A stretch of 63,117 nucleotides of DNA, counting the filler, from Stramenopiles sp. TOSAG23-3 (Eukaryota), in the NCBI GenBank assembly GCA_900128585.1. It is 12 parts of 12 records of this genome, joined end to end, with 100 filler letters (N's around TTAATTAATTAA, not from the genome) between each part and the next. Parts side by side here need not be neighbours in the genome. Positions count along the whole stretch, not along the records: positions 48,747 to 56,729 come from LT643079.1; positions 56,830 to 58,008 come from LT646317.1; positions 58,109 to 59,286 come from LT646318.1; positions 59,387 to 60,563 come from LT646319.1; positions 60,664 to 61,840 come from LT646320.1; positions 61,941 to 63,117 come from LT646321.1; 6 more parts are not named here. One strand, 5' to 3'. The notes beneath the pieces were generated by a model. It ran no database searches. It was not told the origin of the DNA and saw nothing but the letters and a program-made list of their open reading frames with translations. This document shows, piece after piece, positions 52,308 through 63,117 of this stretch (its first letter is position 1; the number at the start of each line of letters is the position of its first letter). A program made the position numbers and the translations under genes.

Positions 52308-53598
52308 TGCCCTTTTAGCTTGTTACCCCGTATGCAACACTTTATACCTATTGTGATTGAAATGATAGAACAAAACGGTTCCAGGTTCCTTCGTTCTATT
52401 ATGTGGTTCATCCTCGGGGTACCGTCGCAGTAATAAAATATAAAAAACTATTCCTTTTGTTTATTTCTTTCAAAGATAAGGTCAACAAGACTATCAATTA
52501 TTTGTTGTTTTTTCCTTTCTTTTCTTCTGCTTATTATTTTATTAACCATCATCATCATCCTCCATTCTTCTTCTTATTCCCCTGTTATTTATTATATTGT
52601 TATTATTTCGCTTCCGTTACAATCCACTACATACGATTGTAATTTCTTCTGCTTCAGAGTTCAGAGACGACACCGACATCTCCTTCTTTCTTTTTATTAT
52701 ACTTGAATATTAATATAACGTACAACGTACAACAATCGTACAAATAAAATATTGCAGAACTACACTAGACTGTACTATTGTGTATTGAAATAACAATTCA
52801 TTAAAAAATGGTTCATCTTCAATTCATTTGTCACTTCTCATTCTTCGCTCTTCGCTCTTCGCTTCACCTTCACGAATGAGTAATAAATAAAATATTAATA
52901 TTGATTTCAATAGAGACTACCTATTATTGGTACTTTTATTAAATAGCTAAAACGACAAATGGATTTTCCATTTCCTTCCTTCCATCCTCCTCTCCCATCA
53001 CTACACTACACTACTATGCCTTTGATTCATCAGAAAACTCCTTCTGAAAGAAAAAATGAATCCTGAATCCTGAATCCTATATTTGCTTTTTTTGCGTCGT
53101 TATTATTATAAGTTATAATTCCAATATTTTATATAAATATATTATTATATCTCTTTCAATTCACCGTTATTAATATTCTTCTGAATTCAATAGTATATAC
53201 CTGTTATAAAAATAATGAAAATGGATGATGAAATCATCATCTTTTTATTTGGCTGGGTAGGTAGGTGATGGTATGATCATAGTACTACGGAACGATAATG
53301 ATCAGGAAGAAGAAGGGGTGCTTCTTCATTATCTCCTCCTCGTCCTCTTCTTTCTTCTTCTTCGTCGTAACAATTATAAGCTATTAGTTAAAAGAAAAAA
53401 TCTCCTACCATCTTGTTGATTTCAATGTGTAAGCAGAATGCAAATAAAAGTTGTTCCATGTCGTATGTAGAATAACCCTTAGACTGTGCTTTCTTTTCAC
53501 TCCAGGGAGGTATAACTTGTTGAAATTTAGATACGTTTCGTTCTTACGTAAACAGTTCTTGCTATCGCCGTCGGTCTGAACGCCCCCCGTTACACACC

Positions 53599-54891
53599 AT
53601 GCCACTTGAAGACATATCAACAACCGTTTCCAACAAGGAAGATGGCCCAGCAGCTCGTCCGAGGCAAGCCCGCTGGAGTTTGGGCAAGGATGACAAAGGG
53701 AGGAGAATATCGTTTGGGTTCCGAGACCCAAATACGCAAAAACCATTCACGACCCCAAGTAGAGTAGCACCGCCCAAATCATTTTATAGCGACCCGAACA
53801 ACGACAGTATTGATATTGACTCGTCCGATGAAGAGAACGACAAAACCACGCAGCCACCCATGTCGTCCGCCAGAAAATGTCGGCCTCGGCCGCACATGAC
53901 CCTGCAAGAAGCCAGGGAAGCCGACTTGTACACTCTCTTAGGTGTCAGCCAAAAAGCTTCCCCCACTGAAATTAAACGAGCGTACCATAAACTTAGTTTT
54001 ACTTATCACCCAGACAAAGTTGTGTCCGGGGCGGCTGCTATGGCACACGAGAGTAGAACTGTGGCGGGGACCGACGACGAGATGGTGGAGCTGGCCAGCC
54101 CAGAGGACACAACGGCAATGTTTGCATTGATAGCTCGCGCTCACGAAGTTCTGAGTGACCCACTGCAGCGGACGACATACGACGTGTACTCCGGTTTCGA
54201 AGAAAAGAACTCCAATGCGATGAATAAAATAAACACGTTGAATAGTAAGGAAGCCGAGAACGCCATCAAACTGATGCAGGTCGAGTACACGTCGAAATTA
54301 GAAAAGGAACGAGAGACCAATGGAATTATCATCACAGAGGCGAGGTATGGAGCCGTTCCATCCTACATCGCCAAGACTGCATCCGTAAAAAGTCAGTGCC
54401 GCAGGGCCACCATTAACGTGCAAGTGCCTGTGCAGTGCATGGTAAACGACTCCAAGCTTTACATCCATAGCGGTGAATCCAAACGGTGGCTTCCCGGATT
54501 TTATGATCCATTAGGAGAAAAATCGACGAAGGAAAGAAACCTAGTAGTACGCTACCAGTTTCGCGGGGCAATGCACCAGGTAGTTGTAGGAGACAACTCG
54601 GAGCTGCGAATGCCCCTGAAGCCGCATTTGTACAAGGCCAAGAAAAGAAAAAGTTCCCGCACTCGCACCAGTCGAAGCAAGAGCAAAGACGAGGCCGCCG
54701 CCGGGCACCGTGGTAGAAAAAGCAGCAGCTTTTCCAAATTAAATAAAAGTACAGGAGGGATTGACGAGGGTACGGTTGCTGTGTTGAGTGCAGAGGAGCA
54801 GAACCGTCGCAGCCGCAGGCAGGGCGTTTTGTTTGGTGGTTTTCTTGTCGCCAGTATTTCTGGCCTGATCCAAGCGTTTTGTTATCGCTGA
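53599..54891 (+). CDS. DNAJC11-like J-domain protein with DUF3395-type C-terminal domain and terminal TM
   Basis: DLYTLLGV..EIKRAYHKLSFTYHPDK, AHEVLSDP..R..YD; NGIIITEARYG, NVQVPVQCMVNDSKL, LPGFYDP, LVVRYQFRGAMHQV. Confidence 0.85.
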   Translation: MPLEDISTTVSNKEDGPAARPRQARWSLGKDDKGRRISFGFRDPNTQKPFTTPSRVAPPKSFYSDPNNDSIDIDSSDEENDKTTQPPMSSARKCRPRPHMTLQEAREADLYTLLGVSQKASPTEIKRAYHKLSFTYHPDKVVSGAAAMAHESRTVAGTDDEMVELASPEDTTAMFALIARAHEVLSDPLQRTTYDVYSGFEEKNSNAMNKINTLNSKEAENAIKLMQVEYTSKLEKERETNGIIITEARYGAVPSYIAKTASVKSQCRRATINVQVPVQCMVNDSKLYIHSGESKRWLPGFYDPLGEKSTKERNLVVRYQFRGAMHQVVVGDNSELRMPLKPHLYKAKKRKSSRTRTSRSKSKDEAAAGHRGRKSSSFSKLNKSTGGIDEGTVAVLSAEEQNRRSRRQGVLFGGFLVASISGLIQAFCYR

Positions 54892-55676
54892 GGGCCGCTC
54901 GGTAGTACCTTTCACACATTTTACGAGGTATAATAAATTGGGAGAGAAACATTTAGATTACAAAGAATTATCAATACAGTATGAATTTTCGTGCATCCCT
55001 TCTTCTTCTGGGCTTTTTTCTCCTTGCTGTCTTCTCTTCCGCCATCGTTATCGTTATTGGTATATTATTTAAAATTGATGAGGAGTATATCTAGTCGTCT
55101 CTATAATAGTTATGTAAAATGATAGACACTATGACACTGTATAATATTTATACCTTAGTGTCTTTGTTGGAGAAATCAGTTAAAAGCCCGTTTTCGAGAC
55201 CGTAGTTTTATTATGTATTACCAAGTATGATAAGGGTTATAAAAACATGCGAATAGACACAGCATAGCAAATCAATAATGCTGTGTCCGTCAGGAAGACG
55301 ACAGGAAGCATTAAGGGGGGGACGGGGGACCTCTGGAGGAAGGAAAGAAGGAAGAGGAGGTGCAATAATATAATAATAATAATAAAAAAAAAAATATAAT
55401 AATAATATGTAATACTGTACAGTAAGTAATAATAATAATAAAAAAATATATAATATGATGATGGTATTATTATAAAATAGTTTACCACTTAAATCTACAA
55501 TCGTTCGTTTGTTCCTACCTTGTTCTCCTACTTTGATTGCGCTGGTTTTCTGTTCCTTTACCCTTCATGGTTTCTTCGTTTCGTTGGCAAATTTACAAAT
55601 CGAGCGTCAACAATACAGTAATTCTGTGATTTTCTCGATTGGTTATCTCCTTTATGCTCAAAACAAACCGTTGTCC

Positions 55677-56450
55677 ATGAAGTATTTTATCTGCATTAAA
55701 AGGTTGCGATGTAGGACTCGAGTGGTGTTTACAACGATCTTTATTACGTCTATATTCTTGGTGTGTGTATCTATGTGGGAGTATGGGTACAGATTCTACC
55801 AACGCGTTGGTATCCAATACTGGTTCGATCATGATGCCTCGAGTTTTAACATCTCAAATCTGAGTGAGCTTCACAAAGGTTCAGGGTGGAATTATTTAGA
55901 TAGCAAAGGGTTTGAAAAAATGGTTCTGGTGCCCACTGAATGCTTAAACCCGAAGGTACAAGACGGGGAAAGTGTGTTTGAGTTTGGAGTGGGGACGGGA
56001 GGTGCATTGCGTGTGTTGACTACAAAGTACAAATTGCTGAAGCTTGGCGGAAGTGATTTCAGTTCGAATTCGATCAAAGTAGTCAAAACCATTTTTCCTA
56101 ATTTTTCAAACAATTTTTATCTTCTGTCGATGACAGACTTTCATTCAATGGTCAAAGACAGCACGTATGACCATGTTTTTAGTTTCGGAGCGATGGGGAT
56201 GTATTTGCATTTAGATGATATACCGGTAGCAGTAAAAGAGGCGGTTAGAATAACTAAGCCTGGGGGATCGTTACTGTTTACCCATTTTATCGAACCAGGT
56301 GGAGTTCACGTGGGAAGTATTGTCGACAGAGTCCCAAAGTCATTCTGGGAAAAAAATGCAAAACGATTCGGCGTCACAGGGGTGGTAATACAGAAAATGG
56401 ACGAACAACAAAAAGATCGGTACGCCGTATGCATGACTAAATCGTTGTGA
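55677..56450 (+). CDS. Class I SAM-dependent methyltransferase with N-terminal membrane anchor
   Basis: SVFEFGVGTG, GSDFS, YDHVFSFG, EAVRITKPGG; hydrophobic VVFTTIFITSIFLVCV. Confidence 0.85.
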   Translation: MKYFICIKRLRCRTRVVFTTIFITSIFLVCVSMWEYGYRFYQRVGIQYWFDHDASSFNISNLSELHKGSGWNYLDSKGFEKMVLVPTECLNPKVQDGESVFEFGVGTGGALRVLTTKYKLLKLGGSDFSSNSIKVVKTIFPNFSNNFYLLSMTDFHSMVKDSTYDHVFSFGAMGMYLHLDDIPVAVKEAVRITKPGGSLLFTHFIEPGGVHVGSIVDRVPKSFWEKNAKRFGVTGVVIQKMDEQQKDRYAVCMTKSL

Positions 56451-56963
56451 AACAATCAAGACACTGTGTGAACTGATCAGTCACGAGATCAGTCTCTGGA
56501 GTCTTGAATTTTGAAATGTTCAGATAGATATATTGTACAACATGGTCGACACCTTTTCTTTGCCTTCTGGTATCCCCCTTTTTGATAGGTTAATATATGT
56601 GCACTTAAATATGTATTTAATAAAATAATTTATCCAGGATGATTTTGTAGATTCTTCTTGTGTATTACACTGTATTACTATGTTGTGTTGTTGAAGAAGA
56701 AGAAGAAGAGAATGAAGAAGAATGAAGAANNNNNNNNNNNNNNNNNNNNNNNNNNNNNNNNNNNNNNNNNNNNTTAATTAATTAANNNNNNNNNNNNNNN
56801 NNNNNNNNNNNNNNNNNNNNNNNNNNNNNATAATTATAAAGTGGAAAATAGCAGACCGTTCACACCCCGGATGGGCACACGGACGGTTCCATCACACGAC
56901 GGTCGACGAAAGATACTTTACCCGCCCGTGCCCATTTCTGATCGCCGCGGTCTTGCTTCCCGC

Positions 56964-57959
56964 TCACTTCTGCTCGTTCTCAGACACAAGGGAAAACCCG
57001 GCTTGGATGTACCGAAGGTTGATTCCTATCTGGGTGGCGTCTTCCTGGCTCCATGAATACGCGACGGGGACGATCAACCCGTCGTTCGTAAACCCTTCCT
57101 CGTGAATGGCGACTTTCAAGACGTGGTCCCCGTTCGGGTACGTGCAGTACGCCAGCTCGACGGCAAACTTCGTCTTGACGCCTTTGTCCGTGACAACGGG
57201 GATGATCTGCCCGACGTCCCAAATGCTGATGTTGCTCATCAGCCCGTAGTGGCCTTGCGTCGGTTCGAGGGCGACGTACCCCGTGAAGAGCCTGGCAGCT
57301 CGGGTACGATTGAGCACGTCTGGTGTCGCGGTCCCAAAGATCTTTGCGCCCGTTTTCGAATCGTACCCACGCTCGTGGATGCTCACGTAGTTCGGCCCGA
57401 ACTCGTTGTTGTCCTTGATAAGAATTTTCGTCCCCGTGTTGTGGTCGACGACAACGCAGGCGCTGGTCGTTTGCCCACGAAAGATCCCGTCGGCGGAGCG
57501 GTGGATGTGAACATCGCAGTCCTTCGTCACCGGGGTGGTATCGTTCAGGGTCAACCCTTTCAGCTTGCTGGGGTCCTTTTGCGAGTCAACGTACTTGCTG
57601 GCGTTCTTAAAGTCGTAGAAGGAAAGGATGATCTCCCCCGTCGCCGCGTCCGACGCGAACGAGTACAGGCGTTGGCGGTAGATGTCCGTGGGCACGCCGT
57701 TCAGGTACTGCTGAACGTAGAACATGTGCTCGCCAAAGTTGGGGAGTGGGACCGGGCCATAGAAGATGCTGTGAAGGTTGGCGTGCGCGTCCGCTTGGCT
57801 CACGTTCTTCTCCACGTCCGATTCCCACTGCATGTAATTGCCATATTCACCAGGGAAACGCTTCAAGAGTTCGCCCAAATCGTCCGCGGGCGACCCTTCC
57901 ACACCCGCCAAAACCAACGACGCCACCGCCACCGCAACAAAGCACGTCCAGCTGTTCAT
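56964..57959 (-). CDS. Secreted CpcT/CpeT (T-type bilin lyase)-like protein with extra C-terminal domain
   Basis: Signal peptide; GEYGNYMQ, FYVQQY, IYRQRLYSF, CDV, FRG...CVV, IHERGYD..G.KIFG. Confidence 0.75.
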   Translation of the reverse strand: MNSWTCFVAVAVASLVLAGVEGSPADDLGELLKRFPGEYGNYMQWESDVEKNVSQADAHANLHSIFYGPVPLPNFGEHMFYVQQYLNGVPTDIYRQRLYSFASDAATGEIILSFYDFKNASKYVDSQKDPSKLKGLTLNDTTPVTKDCDVHIHRSADGIFRGQTTSACVVVDHNTGTKILIKDNNEFGPNYVSIHERGYDSKTGAKIFGTATPDVLNRTRAARLFTGYVALEPTQGHYGLMSNISIWDVGQIIPVVTDKGVKTKFAVELAYCTYPNGDHVLKVAIHEEGFTNDGLIVPVAYSWSQEDATQIGINLRYIQAGFSLVSENEQK

Positions 57960-58108
57960 TCTTTTCCTGTCTTCTGTGCGTGTCCGTTTCAATTTGCAGT
58001 TGTTATCANNNNNNNNNNNNNNNNNNNNNNNNNNNNNNNNNNNNNNNNNNNNTTAATTAATTAANNNNNNNNNNNNNNNNNNNNNNNNNNNNNNNNNNNN
58101 NNNNNNNN

Positions 58109-59286
58109 TATCGTGAACCTTTTTCAACGATTCCGTCGCCGCTCGCCCGGCAACAGACGCGGCTGCCATCAAGACTTGTCCGAGTTTCGGGTTGGTCATG
58201 GCCGAATCTTCCCCCTCTACAGGTGCCCACTCCCCGTCCTTGTCTGTCTCTTTAATATCGGTTGCCACGCCAGAAAAGCGCTTCATCCGCCCCTCCCACT
58301 TTGTGTCCAAAAAGGACTCGTCCACGTCCACCCCATCGGTGCTGACGACCTTTGCGCAGACGTCCGGGCACCAGTCGTGCATGCAAGGCTTCTCATTTGT
58401 TTTATCGTATCGTTCCTTCATGCGTTTCCTAGCGTTGGTCCATCTTTCGAGCGCGGCCGGGCTCTCGTAGTCTTTCGCTTTCTCCGAGGCCTGCTCAAGG
58501 AGTTCTTGGATTTGCTGGATTACTTTTTCGATCTCATCGACCTTTTCTCCGCCGTATTCCAGCGACTGGTCTAGCATGTCTATGTATATTTGCATGCGGT
58601 TGTCAAGGATTTTGCGATTCAAAGCTTGCAAAGTAATCATCTTGACCGTGTGTTCGTCGGCTTCAAGGACCTCAAATTTGTTCGGAAGGATGCTGCCGTA
58701 CTTTTCCAAATACTCCACGGAGTCGACTACTTCGATCTTTGGCATTTTAGCCCAGTCAACTTCCTTGCATTTTTGAACCACCTTGTTCTGTTCCGGCTTT
58801 TCACCTATTAGGTTCGACACGTCAACGCAGTGAGTGCATTTGTCCTCGCACAAAGCCCCAGAGGTCTTGACGTCCCATCTCAAGGAGAGCCCATCGTAGC
58901 AATAGTTGAAATCGGTTATCGGCGAGTATCGGTACTCACAGTGCCCCGTCGCAGCGGGTGCGTCGCCCTTGCTCTCCTTGCCTGGGACGGAGGGGAACAT
59001 ATTGCACTTCTCGATGTTTTCGGATGCCAAGGAACGCGTGCTTTGCGTGTTCTCGCAGTCTGTGTCTTTCGTTCCCTTCTCCTTGCCAATGTTGCTAACC
59101 ACGCACCCGGACTGTATGGCGTTGCGGATCCCGAACATTTTCCCGTAATTGAAAAGTTTTCCTCTTCGCATGCAGCGAGCCGGGATATGTTTTGCACCGT
59201 CGACAGTATTTCCCGCAGCCGATGGATCAAGGCTCTCTCCAGGAGATACGAGCTGCCAGTGAAACTTTGGTCGTTCGATCTGGCTT
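58109..59286 (-). CDS. Internal fragment of a large Cys-rich + coiled-coil protein
   Basis: Frame stays open across the whole contig (checked upstream of 59171). Confidence 0.7.
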
Positions 59287-59386
59287 NNNNNNNNNNNNNN
59301 NNNNNNNNNNNNNNNNNNNNNNNNNNNNNNTTAATTAATTAANNNNNNNNNNNNNNNNNNNNNNNNNNNNNNNNNNNNNNNNNNNN

Positions 59387-60563
59387 AAGAAGTATAATAA
59401 AAGAAAGAAAGAAGAAGTATAAAATAAAAGAAAGAAAGAAAAGAAAGAAAGGAGCGTTTCAACTTCATTTGATGAACTTAAATGTATGTATACTTAAATA
59501 TAGTAGACACTATGGTACTTTAACCTATATATTAAAATTGGATGGAATTTATTACACTGCTGTGCTGAGCTGAGAGAGACTGACGAATGAAGAAATTAAT
59601 TAAATTTTAATAGGATATGGAAGGTTATTAAGGAAGAAAGAATGGTATAAATTAATACAACATTTGGATTTAGAATACATATTAGTACGAAATTAATCCA
59701 TATACATAATGAAATACTATAGGCGTTTTGTATTCCCTATATAGTTCAATTTAACTAATTCGTACATATGAGTATTTACGTATAATACATAGGAGAGGCA
59801 TTGTATTTTAAATTATAAGTATAATATAATATTGAAGAGAAAGGGTGGAAGGTCCTTACTCCATACCTTACTTCGACTACTATTATGTAATATACATGGT
59901 ATAAATAGTGAGCTGGAAGTTGGTCTCTTATCTAATCTTATCTAATCTTATCTTCTCTATTTTAAATAGAAAGAAATACACCATCCATCTTGTTAAAAGA
60001 AAGAAAGAAAGAAAGAGGAGTAGTTGTATTATTTTATTATTATTAATTATTGTTAAATCTACTACACAGCAGTAGGTAAATAAAAAAAAGAAGAAGGAAG
60101 AAGGTAAAATAAATAAAAGTGATCGATGGTCTGATCAGTCAGTCAGTCAGTCAGTCACCGACCCTTCTTCCTTCTTCCTTCTAACGGCGATATAATTAAT
60201 AAACAACAACAAGAAGAAGTTTTTAAAAATATGAAATAACATGAAAATAACATAGAAAAAAAGAAAAAAAAACAGAAAAAAAAACGGTAATTATTAATTA
60301 GTATAATATATAATGTACTTGTTGATTTACCTATCTATTACGGTAGAAAGAAAGAAAGAAGAAATAAAAGAAAGAATGAAAGAAGAAGCATAATAAAGGA
60401 AAGAAGAAGTATAAGAAGAAGTATAATAAAGGAAAGAAGAAATAATAAAGGAAGAAAGAAGAAGTAAAAGAAAGAAAGAAGAAGTAAAAGAAAGAAAGAA
60501 GAAGTAAAAGAAAGAAAGAAGAAGTATAATAAAAGAAAGAAAGAAGAAGTATAATAAAAGAAA
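59387..60563. repeat. AT-rich low-complexity non-coding contig
   Basis: No ORF in the track; AAAGAAAGAAAGAAGAAGTA-type tandem units, (TCAG)n, (TCTTATCTAA)n. Confidence 0.9.
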
Positions 60564-60746
60564 NNNNNNNNNNNNNNNNNNNNNNNNNNNNNNNNNNNNN
60601 NNNNNNNTTAATTAATTAANNNNNNNNNNNNNNNNNNNNNNNNNNNNNNNNNNNNNNNNNNNNACACCACCTCGGATTCATAACCCTTGCCCTAACACTA
60701 AACGACAAAAAACCCTACACAAAACACCAAAAAAAAAAACAAGTCA

Positions 60747-61008
60747 GGGTTCCACTAAACAACTTTTATTACTTAAAGAATCCCAAGGGTTAGTGTTAGG
60801 GTTCCGCTAAACAACCCGATTAAGGAATTAAGAACAATCGCAAAAAAAACAGTTTATTCCTTAAAGAAACCCAACTTAGGGTTAGTGTGAGGGTTCCGCT
60901 ACACAACTTTTATTACTTAAAGAATCCCAAGGGTTCCGCTACACAATGTTTATTACTTAAAGAAACCCAAGGGTTCCACTACACAATGTTTATTACTTAA
61001 AGAACCCA
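60747..61008. repeat. About 40-bp minisatellite with degenerate TTAGGG motifs
   Basis: GGGTTCC(G/A)CTACACAA..TTTATTACTTAAAGAA(T/A)CCCAA at 60891, 60931, 60971 and a variant at 60747; GGGTTAGTGTTAGGG and TTAGGGTTAGTGTGAGGG interspersed. Confidence 0.85.
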
Positions 61009-61940
61009 TGGTTTAATATCTACCCAACAAGTATATATACTAAAATCTTCCCTTCTACTCTAACTACTTCTTCTTTCAGGCTCAGGTGTCTCTGGGGTAA
61101 CGAAGGAATACCTACTTGTTTTTATGGTTACAGAACCTTTCTATAAGCAAATACAACTGCCTACCATGGAAACATTACTAGTGTCAATGACTGCTAAGGG
61201 GATGATATAGTTAGCACAACTATCCTTAGAACTAGTAATGTTTCTATCTTGGGAAGCAGGCGGAAACTGCTAATTTAAGGGTTGCTACTTGGTTACGTAG
61301 GACCTTGGGTGTGAATTAATATGCTATTCACCTGTAAACAAAAACACTGCTCTGAACCCAAGATTTGTCATCCGATTAAGGAATTAAGAACAGGCGCAAA
61401 AAAACATGTGGATGAACAAGGAGCTTTTTATATAATGGGTAAAGTTCGCCTTAACGAACGTGCACATAGGAAAACTTAGTCAAGTCCTGATTTAATTCCT
61501 AGCAAACTTCGGCTTCCGCCAAAAAAAAGCCTGGAGTTCACCCTAAGTAGGTATCGGAGGTAGTTAAAAGGTAACTTCGGTTATCTTTTTGACTACCATT
61601 TAACAACAGTAACCTTAAAAACTATATCAAGATGTAAGTAAAACAGTAAGTGAAGCAGATACTCTCTGAAACAATCACAGCCATTCAATTCTACAAAGAA
61701 ACTAATCACAGCCATTCAATTCTACAAAAAACCCTACACAAAACACCAAAAAAAAAAACAAACTCGTCGTTTGTACAAACCGTTCGGCTTTAAGACCAAG
61801 ACCACGTCAAAGACTGGGAGTTTGCTTTTTATTTCGATTANNNNNNNNNNNNNNNNNNNNNNNNNNNNNNNNNNNNNNNNNNNNTTAATTAATTAANNNN
61901 NNNNNNNNNNNNNNNNNNNNNNNNNNNNNNNNNNNNNNNN

Positions 61941-63014
61941 CTCTCCGTCGGCTTCGCTCCCCTCCCCGTCCTCGGAGGCGCCACCTGCCGCTTCCGCCGC
62001 CGCTTCCGCCGCCGCCACCTTTTCTTCCATTTCTTTCAAGGCTTGCTGTTTGTTGTCCTTGAGGGCCTGCTGCTTTTGTTCGTCCGTGATACGATCTTCC
62101 GCAAGTTCCAAGGGCTGCCCGGTCGATGCCCCCTCTCCGTGAGATGAACGTTCGGGGTGGCCTTGGACTTGGGCGTCGGCATGGTCTGCAACTTCGCTGC
62201 TCACTGATTTCGCTTGCTTTCCACCCCCGTCGTCGTACTCGGACCCGCCCATCGGAGAGTTTGGTTTGGTTGACTCCTGGCCTAGGGGTTTCTCCTGCTC
62301 CCCCCCGATCAGGTCGGCCTCGTCCAACGTTTTCTGCATGGCGTCCATCATGCTTTCCCCGTTAACCTTGATGTTTGTCAATGTACAATAAAATTCGTCG
62401 CCGTGGTGGGAGCGAAATCTAAACTTCAAAAATTGAACCCATGCTGGGCGAGGCAGCTTGAACGCTTGCATGTTATTGTCGTTCTCGACGTGAATTTCCC
62501 CCATCAGCATCCATTGCTTAGTTGGGTACTTTGCGCTGCCAAGGACTTGCACGTCCGTTAGGGTCCCGCTGTACGCTTCGTTGTTGTGCAGGGACACGGT
62601 GTCGACGAGTGCGTCTTGGCCTAAACTGATGGTGATGTACTTTTTTCGGGTCGCGCACGGGACCAGTGCATACTCGTTGCTGTCGTCGTTCAGAACGTGC
62701 CCGACGTACTTAAAAACGTCCGTAGAGTCCAACACGATGGACCCCGAAGACTTGCTCGCGTAATTCACTCGCGTGTCGTCGGGCGTTTCAATTGGGGTTG
62801 AACTAAGAACAGGGGGGACCACCTTTACCGGGGGCGTTTGCTGCTGTGGCGGTTGGTGGGACGCACTAGCGTTAGTTTCGGCCGCCTTCGCCGTGGCAAT
62901 GGGCTTGGCACGCGCATCCCCGGCGTCCTTTTCTTCCTCGCCCGACACGTTCCGGTCCGCCGCCCTGCCCTCCTCGCCCACGCCTGGGGCCTGGAGCTCC
63001 CCTCGTTTCTCCAC
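61941..63014 (-). CDS. Mid-SUN domain protein (SUCO/SLP1-like), partial
   Basis: VNYAS..SGS, VLNDDSNEYALVPC, LHNNEAYSG, YPTKQW, FLKFRFRSHHGDEFYCTLTNIKVNG; 5' end unresolved (in-frame TAG at 63030-63032). Confidence 0.88.
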
Positions 63015-63117
63015 CTCTTCCCCGTCTTTCTACTGTGTTTTGGATAGTGAAAGGACTGACTCGTTGGAACTCCGTCTGGTGAAAAGCAGCCCACGCACTT
63101 TGGGCCCTTCCTGCGGC

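Noticed and set aside
57102-58064. 320-aa plus-strand ORF
   Set aside because: Antisense shadow of the GC3-rich CpcT-like gene; no recognisable motifs. The same applies to 16812-17822 and other nested antisense ORFs.
60747-61008. Possible CRISPR array
   Set aside because: Units are contiguous tandem copies without unique spacers; eukaryotic context and no cas genes.
61185-61215. Group I intron P7/J8-7-like words (GACTG...GATATAGTT) and an SRP-like CAGG..GAAA at about 61257
   Set aside because: Spacing leaves no room for P3/P8, and the SRP AGCAG partner is missing.

Overview
Eukaryotic genomic DNA from a compact, apparently almost intron-free unicellular eukaryote (protist-like; the exact lineage cannot be fixed from this window). 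The window is not contiguous: 12 contigs (seven of ~8 kb, five of ~1.18 kb) are joined by artificial 100-nt N-TTAATTAATTAA-N spacers, so gene neighbourhood across spacers is meaningless. About 30 protein genes sit between AT-rich, microsatellite-laden intergenic tracts. The main result, missed by the ORF track, is two selenoprotein genes ~2.7 kb apart on one contig. One is an ER PDI/thioredoxin-like protein whose active site reads TGA-GGA-TGA-TGA (U-G-U-U, three Sec in four codons); the other is a GILT-type thiol reductase with UPGC. Each has a SECIS-like hairpin in its 3' UTR, plus further RNA structures. Also notable: a TIR-bearing repeat family with telomere-like motifs seen almost only downstream of genes, a second 3'-end motif, a GH43-like propeller interrupted by EF-hands, a CDK/MAPK-like pseudokinase, a convergent paralog pair of an unrecognised TPR/zinc-ribbon family, bacterial-type genes (FkbH-like, L/F-transferase, CpcT-like), and a non-coding contig with a nested ~250-nt RNA-like fold. 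All assignments are by-eye motif recognition; no searches were run.
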